From: Eledone cirrhosa
Lineage: Eukaryota
DNA length: 64,000 nt
Assembly (NCBI GenBank): GCA_964016885.1
Contig: OZ024741.1
Location: 124,124,001-124,188,000, forward strand
Reading direction: 5' to 3'
Part shown: positions 1 through 13,202 of the stretch, piece after piece
Layout: each line of letters starts with the position of its first letter
How positions within the stretch are numbered: position 1 is the first letter of the stretch
Notes under the pieces: model-generated
Database searches by the model: none
Seen by the model: only the letters and a program-made list of their open reading frames with translations
Told to the model about the DNA's origin: nothing
Position numbers and translations under genes: made by a program

Positions 1-344
1 ATCCAATACATCTAATGTGTGTGTGTTTGTAAAGTGAAAACGAGAAGAGGAAACCCGAATGAAATTTAAAATATGATACTATTTAAAAGTTGTATAATAT
101 GATTTATAGAGTGAATGAGGCGGGAGAAATGCAATACATGAATGTTGCAAGCCACCTTTGATTCAAAGTCTTACAGTGCTTTCCTTTTAAGTATAAACTT
201 CAACCATTAGCGTGACCTATTTTAACATTATGACTCAATAAATATGTAGTGATAAACAGATTGCATTTAGTGAAAGGATATTTATCGATTCGAGATGTAA
301 TATTAACCTATAGACCTCCATCTATTTTGTAATAATTGTTCCAG

Positions 345-502
345 ATGTTCCATCAACAGCATATCCGACTCATGAAATTAACTTGTATGTAACTGGACAT
401 TCAACAGACACGTCTTTGTTTAACGTAATTCTCAGGGCGATTAAAAAAACAAGACATCTCTCACCCAACATAAAGTGGGTGGCTGATTTCCATTCGGACA
501 AG
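345..502 (+). CDS. Candidate internal coding exon of an unidentified host gene
   Basis: Acceptor aattgttccAG at 343-344 and donor AAG|GTGAGT at 503. The 158 nt are open from phase 1 to phase 0: (D)VPSTAYPTHEINLYVTGHSTDTSLFNVILRAIKKTRHLSPNIKWVADFHSDK. No family recognised. Confidence 0.5.
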
Positions 503-2369
503 GTGAGTTGACAGGTCTCAGCATCGCAAATTTGAATTTGATTACTATTCAAGAGAGTTTAGCATTTCATCCACCTCGCTATCGCCTCACATTTGGACAC
601 AGCATGGCCAAATGGCTAAAGATTTCGCGTCGCAATTATTAAGTTCTTGACATTTTGGGAAAGTGTCGTTTACGATTGCAGCGGGTCAATCCAGGCCTTG
701 TATGAGAATTGAGTAGACGGAAACAGTTTCAAAGTCAGTTGCTTACTCTGATGTGGTCATTCGAAATACCATACTTGTCGTAACCTGTGTCACACAGAAA
801 CGGCCCGAGATGTACATTAAAATGCATGTGTCCATAGAAGACTCAGCCACTTATAGGTTAGCAGATCCATTGCTCGAATAACTAGAATACTCATCATGGA
901 AACCGACGGCTGTTATTTCCTTCCATTCTATTATAATAATATTCTGTATTTCATTGATCATTTCATATTTAGTTGTGATAAAATTTATCTAGGCACGCAG
1001 CCAATTATGAAGGAGCAGAGCATTATAAATTGAATGGACATAGTTTGTTACAACTGTTCACTTTATTGAGAATCGAAAGAAAATGTAAAATAATTGTGTG
1101 TAGACTCAATAAGCTTTTTCACTTCCTCAAATGGTAATAATAATATATGATACTAATACTAATTTGAAGGCAAGCTCTGGGGAAAGCAATGGCTATAGAA
1201 TCATCTAACGAGCATTAAATATGCTTCTTTAAATGCATATGAAACAGACGTTCCCACGAATAGAAATTGAAATATTTATCTCCAATTTCTATAGCATGAA
1301 GCAGTTTATAACTGACAAATAGCAAAGGGCAATCTTCACATTGCATGTTTACATATAATTTTGATGTTAAATTGTTGAATATTAATCTTTTTTCACATAA
1401 TCCTGATTTTATTGATGTGTTATAAATAAATAAATAAATAATCGAGTAAAATATCTATTATCATATATTCATGAAAGAATATTTGGTTATAGGCGAATGT
1501 TCTTTTTAAGAGGAATATTTTGCATTTGATATCAAAATATTCTGAAATATTTCAATGAACCACAAGAAACATATTGCTATAAAATGAAGACATAAACAAA
1601 TAATTAATGCACATTGATATTTTAAAAGATGTTGCACTCTCTGGGGAAGTCGGAGACATTCGAGATGAAAATCATCGGATTGAATACCAAATATTTAGAT
1701 TCGTCCTTCTAGTCCTGAGTAGGTAGCATCTTGTGCATCATAGAGGGTCTTAAAATTAGAAGAAGGTTTTAGTTTTCTCTCGGAAAAAATATACACATGT
1801 GATACGTTGCCAAAAAACTGCAATTATTTAAATGGAACAGATCTCCATCGGTTTCCACGATCTATGTTCCAGTTGTTCAATTAACCTAACTCAGCATTCG
1901 ACAACATATGCACCCTTAATATGATATGTGTAGAGTTCAAATTACAGATATAGTCTATTCGACAGGCTTCTATACAGTTTCACTCACAATTTCACTCACA
2001 AGGCATGGGTCAATTCGAGGCTGCGGTAAATTACGTTTGTTCAATTCGATAAGCAGTGAGATCGAACCTAGGTCCTAATGATTATTAAGTGAACATTTTA
2101 AGTACTCAGTCATGCTGCCCGAACAGTAGTTTAAATATGTAATTTCAGACGTTTACAATCAAGAAAAATAGCCAAAATCATAAAAAACCAAAATCAATAC
2201 CAAAATCAATACAAAGATGCAGATATAAACGATAAATAACATCAGTACATTTTCATACCATATTCCAGTGGAATGTCTCTGTAAAATAAGTGGCAAATGT
2301 TTCAATTGAGAATACGATAAGGTTACGTATGGGTCATTGGTAATGTACATTACATCATTTGATCTCGCC

Positions 2370-2530
2370 CTTTCAATTCAGAGTTCCTATCCCGCCGAGA
2401 TTAACTTTGTTTTTCATCCATATGGGGCCGATAAAATAAGTTACCAGACAAGTACTGAGGTTTTCCAGTACACAAGTACTTGTGTAATCGATTGCCCCTG
2501 CCCAACAAATTGCTGTTATTTTGCTTAAGT
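2370..2530 (+). mobile_element. Degenerate tRNA-derived SINE (Meta/MESC-like core family)
   Basis: gagttcctatcccgccgagattaactttgtttttcatccatatggggccgataaaataagttaccag is a diverged version of the 14167/30269 copies. Confidence 0.6.
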
Positions 2531-4047
2531 TAGGAATCCTTATTTTTATACGCGTGTACGTTGCTTTTCAGTAGATAGAAGATGTTCCAGCCACGACAAT
2601 CACGTTCTTTTCAAGCTACATCATCATCCATTGATGGCATCATTTATCTAAGTTCGTAAAATGATCGTCTCTATTATGGCTTTTTAATCTAGTATATCTG
2701 ACTCTCTTGCAAGCCCTGCATCCGATGGTATTTCAGAAGTACTGGCCTGAAATTTCTTCTCACCTATGTGGCTTACAACCGACTTGGGTAAGCTTGTCAT
2801 GTTCTCTTAACCAGCAATGACCACCTACCATAGAAATCAACTGTAGCGGCATCTGTTGACTGCTGATGTGTGATGCTGCTCCAGTATTGTCAGATCAACA
2901 GACATGTATCATTTAAAACACGTAATCAGGGAACATTTAACTGTTTGTTCTAGTACAATAAACCATTGAAAAGCGGCTTCTTCTATATTAGATGGAAAGC
3001 GCATCTAATGAGATACACACAGAATATGCACACACATGCATGTATATACAGAGAAAGAGGGATAAAGAGGAAAAGAAAGAAAGATAAAAACACATACACA
3101 CGCATGCACACAACAGCCCGCATATATGTTTTAAATCGGTTATTCATATCTCCGATATTATATTGAGATATATGGATATGCCAAGACAAAACGATTATCC
3201 GACAGAAACTTGCAAATGCTAGATGGAATGGAAATGTAGTTTAGTTTTACAAAATAGCTATTTTAAATATTGCTTGTCATTCTTCATTTGTGTTTTTTTA
3301 TATATATATATATATATCGGATATGATATGATGTATTTCTGTAAAATATAGATTTGGTAAATGCTACATAAAAGTTATTTACTTTTAATGAAATATCCAA
3401 CAATAAAAAAAATGGAGATATAATGTAGCGGGATTCTATAGCTTAGAAAACTCATATTTATGTACATTAAAGACACTTCATTTGCTATATTTATAGACGG
3501 TGAACAGACAAAGTGGTTGGAATGTTAAATATAATGTTTTGAACTATCACTTCCAGTCCTGTGAAATATGGGTTCAAATCCTGCTCTGTTTAAATTAGCT
3601 TTTTGTTTTTTCGAGGTTCATATAAAAATACCAGTACAGTATTATATATCGACTCACAACTCCTGGTGAAGTCGTAGAAGCGCTGTGTTGTAAACGGCGT
3701 ATCCTTGGTACTTTATTGCTGGTGAACACTGCTGATTTCTTTCATACAAGGAGATAGTGTGATAGAAAAGAATTGTGAAAGAAATATAGAAGACGAACTA
3801 ACCACATCACTGAACTAATACATTTTTCTTCACTCAGAAAGGAGGAAAAGGAAAAGTGACATAGGTTGGATGATATCTCGGCGCCAAGAGAGCCAGAACT
3901 AATAATGCAAAGCATTCTATTAGACGACCGAACCATTTTGACAATTACAGTACTAGAATCAATTCACCCTCTCTTTCTCCCACAGAGGGACGTAATTTTG
4001 AAAAAAAAAGTAATTTTATTTCGTGTAGTGTGTGGATGAGGGGGGAG

Positions 4048-4320
4048 GGTCATGGTTACCGTGCTAGATTTACGATCATAATGTTGTGGTTCCGATTCCT
4101 GGATTGGGATGTATGTTGTTTTGTGTTCTTGAGCAAAGCACTTCATTTCACGTTGCTTCAGTACATTCAGCTGAAAATGGGTACCGTCAATACCTAGGGT
4201 TAACCTTATGATGATCTGGCGTCTTCTTCCAGGAGAGGTCTTGAACTCTTAGTCACCTCTCACAAAGGAAACCGAAATAAGCACCAACATGATGAGCTTC
4301 CAGGCACGAGAGAGACTTCC
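4048..4320 (+). mobile_element. Degenerate tRNA-derived SINE of a second family
   Basis: B-box-like ggttccgattcc followed by tgtgttcttgagcaaagcacttcatttcacgttgc...cagctgaaaatgggtacc, a central-domain motif typical of molluscan SINEs. Confidence 0.55.
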
Positions 4321-4449
4321 GACTATTTTCAGATACTTCGTGTATTTACTTTAAATCGCTCTAACTTCTATCGATTTTTCATATATTTGAGTGTTTAATA
4401 GCCACGCTTTGCTTTCGTTAAATATTAATTTAATCACAAACTATTTGAT

Positions 4450-5091
4450 AAATCCAAATTAAAAAATGGTTTCGGATTTAGGCATAAGTTCAACATTTCT
4501 GGGATAGAGAAATTCGATTAAATCTACCTCAGGGTATTACTAGTATTTATCGATCCCGTAAGGATATAAGCCAAAGCTAACCTCAACAGAATTTGAATTG
4601 AGAACGTAAAGGACACTAACTATATACCGCAATGCATGTTGTCCGACGCTTTACCGATGATACAATCCACCACCTATTATCCAAATTAAATAATTTTTTC
4701 TACGTTTGGCACAAGACCAGCAATTATCCCACTGTATTATTTGTACTTTATTTTATCGACCCCGTAAGGATGAAAGGCAAAGTTAACCTCGACGGGATTT
4801 GAACTCAGACCATAAAGGGCCGTAACACTTTGCTGCAAAGTATGACGTCAGACCCTCTACCGATACTGCCAATCCACCGCCCTTACGATTATCCAAATTA
4901 AATAATTGTTTCTACTTTAGGCACAAGGCCAGCAATTACCCAGTGCATTACTGGTACTTTATTTTATCGACCCCGTAAGGATGAAAGGCAAAGTCAACCT
5001 CGGCGTGATTTGAACTCAGATCGTAAAGGGACGTAACTATGCTGGAAAGCATGGCGTCCGACCCTCTACCGACACTGCCAATCCACCGCCC
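4450..5091 (-). mobile_element. Three head-to-tail tRNA-derived SINEs (Meta/MESC-like core)
   Basis: Copies at about 4465-4674, 4693-4882 and 4903-5091 are reverse complements of ggcggtggattggcagt..gagttcaaatccc..gcctttcatccttacggggtcgataaaataaagtaccag, each separated by (tt)atccaaattaaa(t)aat. Confidence 0.85.
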
Positions 5092-5184
5092 TAATTTCGG
5101 TTCTCATCTATGGAGAAAATTATCACTCATTATCCAAATTAAATAATGAGTGATAATTTTCTCCATAGATGAGAACCGAAATTA
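5092..5184. repeat. Perfect 42-bp-arm palindrome
   Basis: Arms 5092-5133 and 5143-5184 with loop ccaaattaa. Confidence 0.9.
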
Positions 5185-5934
5185 CGACGTTCAGATGTTT
5201 CAGTCCGGTTGAGCAGTCGGTACCTGCGACATTTCAATAACGTCGTGTGGAAATAACACGTAGACATGATACACTAGAGGTGACGAAAATTAGTAATCCT
5301 TGGCTAATATTAACATCTTTCATCAACAACACTTGCGTTAAATAAAATAATACATTTATGATTGATCACAATATATTAGAATACTTAAAATAGATTTAAT
5401 GTATGTGAAATTCCAGTTTTAGAATTTGAGGCATTTCTATGAATAAATAAAGTTTAAGCATTTTCCACTAATTTTTCTATTCACAGTAAAACAATCTTAA
5501 CATCATTATCTATAAAAGGCAGATTGTTGTTGCTGTGTGTGTGTGCACATGTTCTATGTTTATACATTTGCACAATTTCAAACCGATTCGACTCAATGTC
5601 TGAATGTTATAAATCGTCTAACTTAGGTCAACGATTATTTATTTATTTCAACCCCACCCACAATTACGGAAATAATCGATAAAACTAAATACATGACGCT
5701 TTACCCCCCTAATACAATCTGAGTAACTCTACCTACCTCCCATACATACTGCAACCTTCTCTTATATACGCTTATAAACCCACTCCTTAATAATTTCCTT
5801 TAGAGAGAGAGAAAAAATAAAGGAGTTAACCAGAGAAACAGAGACAAACGTTAAATACATGACGCTTACATCTCTTATATACGTTTATAAACTCCTTAAT
5901 AATTTCACACAATTACATTTTGTGTATGACATAT

Positions 5935-6287
5935 TTACACGTTTATTGAGTGAAAAAAAAAACACATAGGGATTTTTGGCCAAACAACTTCACATTGCTG
6001 CATGTTTACACGTTTATTGAGTGAAAAAACAAAACACATAGGGATTTTTGGCCAAACAACTTCACATTGCTGCATGTTTACACGTTTATTGAGTGAAAAA
6101 AAAACCACATAGGGATTTTTGGCCAAACAACTTCACATTGCTGCATGTTTACACGTTTATTGAGTGAAAAAACAAAACACATAGGGATTTTTGGCCAAAC
6201 AACTTCACATTGCTGCATATTTACACGTTTATTGAGTGAAAAAAAAACCATATAGGGATTTTTGGCCAAACAACTTCACATTGCTGA
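5935..6287. repeat. About 71-bp minisatellite x5 in the Helitron 5' region, with a further copy at about 6474-6542
   Basis: Unit tttacacgtttattgagtgaaaaaa..catagggatttttggccaaacaacttcacattgctgcatg. Alternating A-tract variants give a dimer of about 143 bp. Confidence 0.95.
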
Positions 6288-6692
6288 CAGAAGCGCGCTT
6301 TAAACAAACTGTGAGTTATTTATTTGCCTCTGTAAGAATGTCGTAAATGGTCTAACTTAGGTCAACGACTATTTATTTATTTCAAAATCACCCACAATTA
6401 CGGAAATAATTTCCTCTCTCTACTCAACATAAAAATAATGAAAAAAAATTCATGCTCACACACAATTACATATTTACACGTTTATTGAGTGAAAAAAACA
6501 AAACAAATAGGGATTTTTGGCCAAACAAATTCAAATTGCTGACAGAAGCGCGCTTTCAACAAACTGTAAGTTATTTATTTGCCGTTCGTTCTCTCATGTT
6601 TTCCCCTGCGGAACGCAGACAGCATTCAGCCTTATACTTTCAAAGGCAATTTTGCTGTAGAATTAACTTTCACCCTTTCTTTTTCACATAAA

Positions 6693-9600
6693 ATGCCACC
6701 TAAAAAGAGAAGTCGCCTCGGTCGCCATACTGCGTCAGCGGCGGCGCAGAGGGCGATTACAGCAAACGAGCCCCCCGAGGAGACTGCTTTAAGACTTTCA
6801 CAGAGCGCCTTACGTTCAGCAGAGCTGCTGAAAGTTTTCAACAACGCACCGCACGCCCAGTCAAGATGTCTTCATAAGACGCCTCGAGACGTGCTGCGAT
6901 GTGCGATTCGGAGCGGGCGATACGTCACTCCAAAAAAAAAACGCTTCTACTGCTACTTCCAGGGCTTCAGAGGGCCCGGAACAAAGGTCGACTCGTCTGA
7001 ATAGAAACGCTGCTGCTACTGCTGCTTCTAGGGTTTCAGAGGGCCCGGAACAAAGGGCGGCTCGATTGAATAGAAACGCTGCGGCTACTGCTGCTTCCAG
7101 GGCTTTGGAAGGTTTAGAACGGCGGAGGAATCGCCTTGCTAGGAACGCTGCGGCTATGACTGATTCCATGGCTTCTGAAGATGCAGACGGGCGCTCCACT
7201 AGGATTGCAAGGGTGGCTTCTGATACTGCTGCGAGAGCTTCCCACGACCCACAGGAGCAACATTCTACGTTGGAGCGGAACAGTCGACGACAAGAAGCTT
7301 CCCGCGGAGTGACGAGCACCGACAACCCATACTGGCACCTACGGGCTTTCAAGTATGAGCCCAACGTTAACTACTCGATGCGTGCCGACATAAATATAGG
7401 GGAAATGCACTTCAATTGCAAATTCTGCAATGCTAAAAAGAGGGCTGGGGAGCCACCTGCATTGTGTTGCTTAAACGGTAAGGTCAGTTTGCCCCCTCTT
7501 GGGGAACCACCAGAGCCATTGGAGGAACTACTTACTGGTTCTACCTCAAGGTCATCCAAATTCATTCCTTCAACTCATCAGGAAGTACAATTGTGCGTTT
7601 CAAATGACTTCTTTCGGGGCTAACGTTGTCACAGAAAGTGGTTGGATGCCTACTTTCAAGGTCCAGGGGCAGGTGTACCATCTTATTGGGTCGCCCCAGT
7701 CACTACAAAATTGCAAGCCTTTATTCCTTCAAATTTACTTCATTTCTAACTACAGTAGGCAAGTTGGTGCGCGGTTCGACGTTATTCCAACACATGCAAA
7801 CACTGACGCTAACACTTTTGAAAGGGTCGTGCTGCTCGGTCTTCAAAACATGCTTCATGAGCACAACAGTTATATTCGCAGTTTCAAATACGCATTGGAA
7901 ACACATCCTTCACCATACTTCACCATTGTCATCGATGCTGACAAAAGACCTTCTGGGGAGTACGCACGCCGTTATAACGCTCCTTCGTGCAATGAATGGC
8001 CGTAGTTATCCATGGTGAACAGCACAATAAGCGAGACATAATTCTTCAATGTCGTGACAGTGGTCTTCGAAGTATTAATGAGACGCACCGTTCATACGAC
8101 GCCCTGCAGTATCCCATTCTCTTTGCATACGGAGAAGACGGGTACCATTTCGGCATTCCTCAGCGCAAACCAAACGTGCCCACTGCTGCAACATCTAAAA
8201 CTGTTTCATGCATGGCTTTATACTCATACCGCTTCATGACGAGGCCTAACGATTTCAGCACCCTGCACAGGTCACGGGAACTGTTTCACCAGTTTGCAGT
8301 TGACATGGCTGCAAAGGTGGAGTCTGAGAGACTGTGCTTCATAAAATTGAATCAGAAGTAGCTGCGCTCAGACTCCTACATCCATTTGCGTGACGGCATC
8401 AGGAATGACACTGACCCCCGGAACATCGGCAAAATGTGCATTCTCCCCTCAACCTATACGGGGGGGGGGGGGCGGTACATGCACGAGCGAGAACATAGGA
8501 CGCTATGACGTTGGTTCGGCATTATGGGTGCTCCGATTTATTCATCACGTTTACGTGTAACCCCAAGTGGGTTGACGTTACGCGGGAACTTATTCAAGGG
8601 CAGAGGTACTGCCATCGGCATGATATTATTGCCAGGGTTTTCGGGCAGAAGCTGGCTAAGCTAATTGAGCTAATAAAAAAGGGAAGGTTTTCGGGCCTGT
8701 TAGGTGCTATATGTATACTGTTGAGTGGCAGAAGAGAGGGTTGCCACACGCGCACATTTTAGTTTGGTTGGTCACCAAAATAGACCCTACAGTTATAGAT
8801 GACGTCATCGCAGCGGAAATACCGGACCCCGTTGTTGACCGGCAACTGTACGACATTGTGAAAGCACACATGGTGCACGGTCCGTGCGGTCCCGGTTTTC
8901 AAGAGTACTCTTCATGCCACAAGGACCATGTGTGCACTAAACTATACCCTTCAAAACGACAATAGCAGGAACGAGGTCTTGGAGTACTTGGCAGGTCGAT
9001 ATATCAGCAGTGGTGAAGCTTTTGGGGGGATATTCGGGTTTCCACTTCACCAAAGGCACCCCGCCATCATACAACTAGCGGTTCATTTGGAAAACGGCCA
9101 GCGGGCTTACTTTACTGAACAGACTGCTGCTCATTTGGCGGCCAATCCAAAAGAAACAACGTTGACTGTTTTTTTACGCTTTGCCAACTTGACACATTTG
9201 CAAAAACACTTTCACATCCTCAGCTCCGGTCCTACTACGTGTGGTCAAAGAATACTTGTGTGCATAGGAAGACAGGTCAGGATGTTGAAGGACATCCTGG
9301 TGTCAAGTTTGACAGTTGTCTAGGAAGAGTGTACACTGTACCTCCCAACAAGCATGAGTGTTTTCACCTGCGCGTTCTCCTCCATGAGGTTTTTGGCCCA
9401 CAAAGCTTTCGAGACATAAGGACTGTTGACGGTGAATTATGTGAAACTTTCCGGGAAGCCTACTTTAGACGTGGTCTTTTGGAGGATGATTCACAATGGG
9501 GCGCCACTATGGCAGAGGGCGTTTTGTTGAACTCTCCTAAAAGACTAAGATCGCTTTTCGCTATTCTACTCCTATGGTATGACTTGGGTGATCCGGCCTC

Positions 9601-11191
9601 TTTATGGCTTAGCTACAAAGATTACATGTCTGAAGATTGCCTGCGTCACGCTCAGTTGCTAAACCCATTGATGGAAAATACTGTTCTCGATATGGGCGGT
9701 AGTGCGTTAGCTGTGTATGGCCTACCTTCAACAAACCGGGAAGGCGCAAACACTCTGTCTTCGGATTTGCTGCGTGAGACATCTTATAATGTTGACGAGC
9801 TTGCCCAGTACATACCGGAGAATGAGCCAAAGCTCCTTCCAGAACAGAAATTCGCTTACAACTCCTTTGTTAATTCTGTCCGGGGCAAAGCTGGGGGATA
9901 TTTTTCCTGGACGCTCCTGGGGGGACTGGGAAAACTTTTGTCACCAAATTAATATTATCTGAGATTAGGCGAACAGAAGGCATTGCCTTAGCTTTGGCAT
10001 CATCTGGAATTGCGGCTACTTTGTTGCTGGGCGGCAGGACAGCTCCCTCCTATTTCAAGCTCCCGCTTGACTTAGCGAAGACTGAGACACCCAGTTGCAA
10101 CATCAGTAAGAGCTCCGATCAGGCAGAAGTGTTCAGACGATGCAAGCTTATCGTTTGGGACGAATGCACGATGGCCCACAGAGGTGCTCTTGGGGCGCTC
10201 GATAGAACTCAAACACAAAGACTCTACGGCTCCAATGGGAGGCATAACACTTCTTGTTTCAGGGGACTTCAGGCAAACGCTTCCCGTTATTCCCAAGGGG
10301 ACTAGAGCTAATGCAGTACGTGCGTGTCTTAAGTCATCTGCATTGTGGCCCCTGGTGAAGACTCTGAAACTTCACACTACCATGCGTGCTCATATGCGAG
10401 GTGATATCACATCAGCAGCATTTTCTCACACCCTCCTTGCACTTGGCGAAGGCAAAACACCCGGGGATGAAAAGGGTAATATTGCCATCGACTCACTTTG
10501 TACCGTTGTTAGTACGCCTTCTGATCTCCGAGATGCAGTGTTCCCAGATCTCCAAGCAAATTATCAGAATATGGATTGGCTTGCCCAGAGGGCTATGCTG
10601 GCTCCGAGGAATAAAACTGTTAACCATATTAATGATCAAATGCTAAAACTGATTCCTGGGGATGGATACGTATATAAGTCTATCGATAGAACTCCTGACC
10701 CCGAGGACGTCATCAACTATCCAATAGAGGTACTAAATTCCTTTGAGTTCCCCGGATTACCCCCACACATTTTGAAACTTAAAGTTGGTGCCCCTATAAT
10801 GCTCATTCGAAATTTAGTTCCGCCGAAACAATGCAATGGCACAAGTTTGGTCGTTAAGTCCTTAGCTCGCAATCTGATTGAGGCCACAATAATCACAGGG
10901 TGTGGTCGGGGCTAGGTTGTGCTCATACCGAAGATGCATCTTTTCCCATCAGGAACAGACCTACCTTTCACATTTCGGAGGTCCCAGTTCCCGGTCAGGC
11001 AATGCTTTGCAATGTCAATTAACAAAGCGCATGAACAAACACTGTCTGTCGCGGGAATACATTTGGGGGAGCCGTGTTTCTCTCATGGTCAGCTTTATGT
11101 TGGCTGCTCGCATGTCGGCAGCAAGAGTGATGATTTCGCGTTCGTTCCGCAAGGAAAAACAAAAAACATTGTGTACAAGGAGGTTTTATAG
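6693..11191 (+). pseudogene. Helitron RepHel (HUH endonuclease plus PIF1 helicase), fragmented by frameshifts and stops
   Basis: MPPKKR start; Zn motif CKFC..CCLNGKV; Rep motifs DLFITFTCNPKW and VEWQKRGLPHAHIL; Walker A FLDAPGGTGKTF (about 9903-9940); LIVWDECTM; GDFRQTLPV; QFPVRQCFAMSINKA; FSHGQLYVGCS; ends VYKEVL*. Confidence 0.95.
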
Positions 11192-12170
11192 GATTACCTT
11201 GATTCCTAATTTTATAACTTTTTTTATTTTTTTATTTTTTGCCTTTTCGTGAGTACTTTCTAAGTAGGTTAACCTTCACTGCAGTGCACTAGACACTACC
11301 CACCATCTGCCGTACAAAGGCTGATTCTAGCGGCGTTACAAAGCTTCATTGCAACTCCGACCCTACTCAAATATCAGCTGTTGCTCCTCACCAACCCCCG
11401 TTTGGTGGGCCTCGGAGGACCGTGGACAGGTTAGTATTTCACCTCCTTACGACTCTCAAAGGGTCAACAATGCTTTAATGACGGGATTTACATTTTTAGG
11501 CGGTTCCCTGCAATTACTTCACACTTCACCAACACCTGGCCTCCATTCAGCTCTATTTCCCTCCCTCCGTCGGCACAGCAGCAGGCTCATCTTCTACGTC
11601 CGACGTACATGATGCACCAACCTTACAATAATCCCTCTTCCTCTTTTTTGGTTGTCATAATTCGACAATGTGTTAACGCCCCAGTTTGCGGTTCCCTCAA
11701 TCCACCCCTCCCCCGTTAAAATATGTCATGCAGAACAACTCCATCGCAGCTCTGTTGTTCGGCTGGCATCGTCTACGCGCGTGTTGCCCAAGTACTGTGA
11801 AACAATAAATTTGAACACTTCTTTGCACAGAGATAATATCAATAGGCGAAACTACAATTGTCACTGCTGGCGCAGCTCCTGCTTCGGCAGTGCAGGTTTG
11901 CAATTCATTCAACCAGTCCCTGTCAGACAAAAAAGTGCTGCCATAAAATGGGTGGTGCAACCTAACTTACTGACCCCGAGCAACGCCGGATATAAATATA
12001 TACACGTTTAGACAATTTATAGTGAATGTGTATAAATATATATACTGTAAAGAGTTAGTGCTCGAATGCACTTAGCTGAAGAATGGTCTTATTAGCCTAA
12101 ACTGGTAACTCCCAATATCTCTCTTTCCCTATTTCCTCCTCACACCCTCTCTCTCTCTCTCTCTCTCTCT

Positions 12171-12404
<234 letters not shown>

Positions 12405-12409
<5 letters not shown>

Positions 12410-12516
12410 TATCCTGTAAATATTCTGGTTGAATGGCATATATATATATATATATATATATATGCCATTCAACCAGAATATTTACGGGATACAGAAACAC
12501 ACACACACACAGACAT

Positions 12517-12565
<49 letters not shown>

Positions 12566-12571
12566 ATATAT

Positions 12572-12621
<50 letters not shown>

Positions 12622-12653
12622 CTGTATCCCGTAAATATTCTGGTTGAATGGCA
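12405..12653. repeat. Nested fold-back: a 34-bp motif three times in +/-/+ orientation, separated by microsatellites
   Basis: ttctgtatcc(t/c)gtaaatattctggttgaatggca at 12405-12438 (+), 12463-12496 (-) and 12620-12653 (+). Confidence 0.9.
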
Positions 12654-13007
12654 GTCAGGTTCAGCGGGATTGACGGCAAATTCATTCAGTTTGGAGGGGC
12701 ATCTCTCTGAAACTTGTGTACCACTCATTCAACATTTTTATTTCCTAGAACATATACTGTTCTGCGTCACTCCTGTCACTCCGTCAGTAAATATATTCAT
12801 TTCTATATTTATGAATCTATAACTGAAATTCATCAGCCAGCTAATAGTTGAACAGAACGAATATGAAGAAGAAATAAAATTTACTCCTGGTGTTTAAATT
12901 TAATATGTCCCGAAAAAACAACACCAATGATTAGCCCGGGACATATCAATGAATTGAAACAGCAAGGTTAATTTGTATTTCTTCTTGTTTTTTTTTTTCA
13001 ACTATTA

Positions 13008-13067
13008 GTTATCTGATGAGGTAATAACTGGTGCATAACTGTTATATATCGAAATATATATAACAAC
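13008..13067 (+). ncRNA. Minimal type-I hammerhead ribozyme
   Basis: gttat CTGATGA [ggtaataac..gttatatatc stem II] GAAA TATATA TA acaac. Canonical core, palindromic stem III, one mismatch in stem I. Confidence 0.7.
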
Positions 13068-13098
13068 GATTGTATAATGAATAAATGAAGTAAATTCG

Positions 13099-13202
<104 letters not shown>

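Larger units (their letters stand above)
5503..11990 (+). mobile_element. Helitron rolling-circle transposon (autonomous-type, inactivated)
   Basis: Begins a|TCATTATCTATAAAAGG and carries a Rep-PIF1 coding region at 6693-11191. The 3' GC hairpin ccccgagcaacgccgg is at 11974-11989. The terminal CTRR is not visible and AT-rich sequence follows instead. Confidence 0.9.

Noticed and set aside
5935-6287. Regular repeats resembling a CRISPR array
   Set aside because: The units are contiguous with no unique spacers, there are no cas genes, and the context is a eukaryotic Helitron.
12688-12722. Hammerhead-like ttggagg..gaaacttgtgta
   Set aside because: The core is too degenerate to support.
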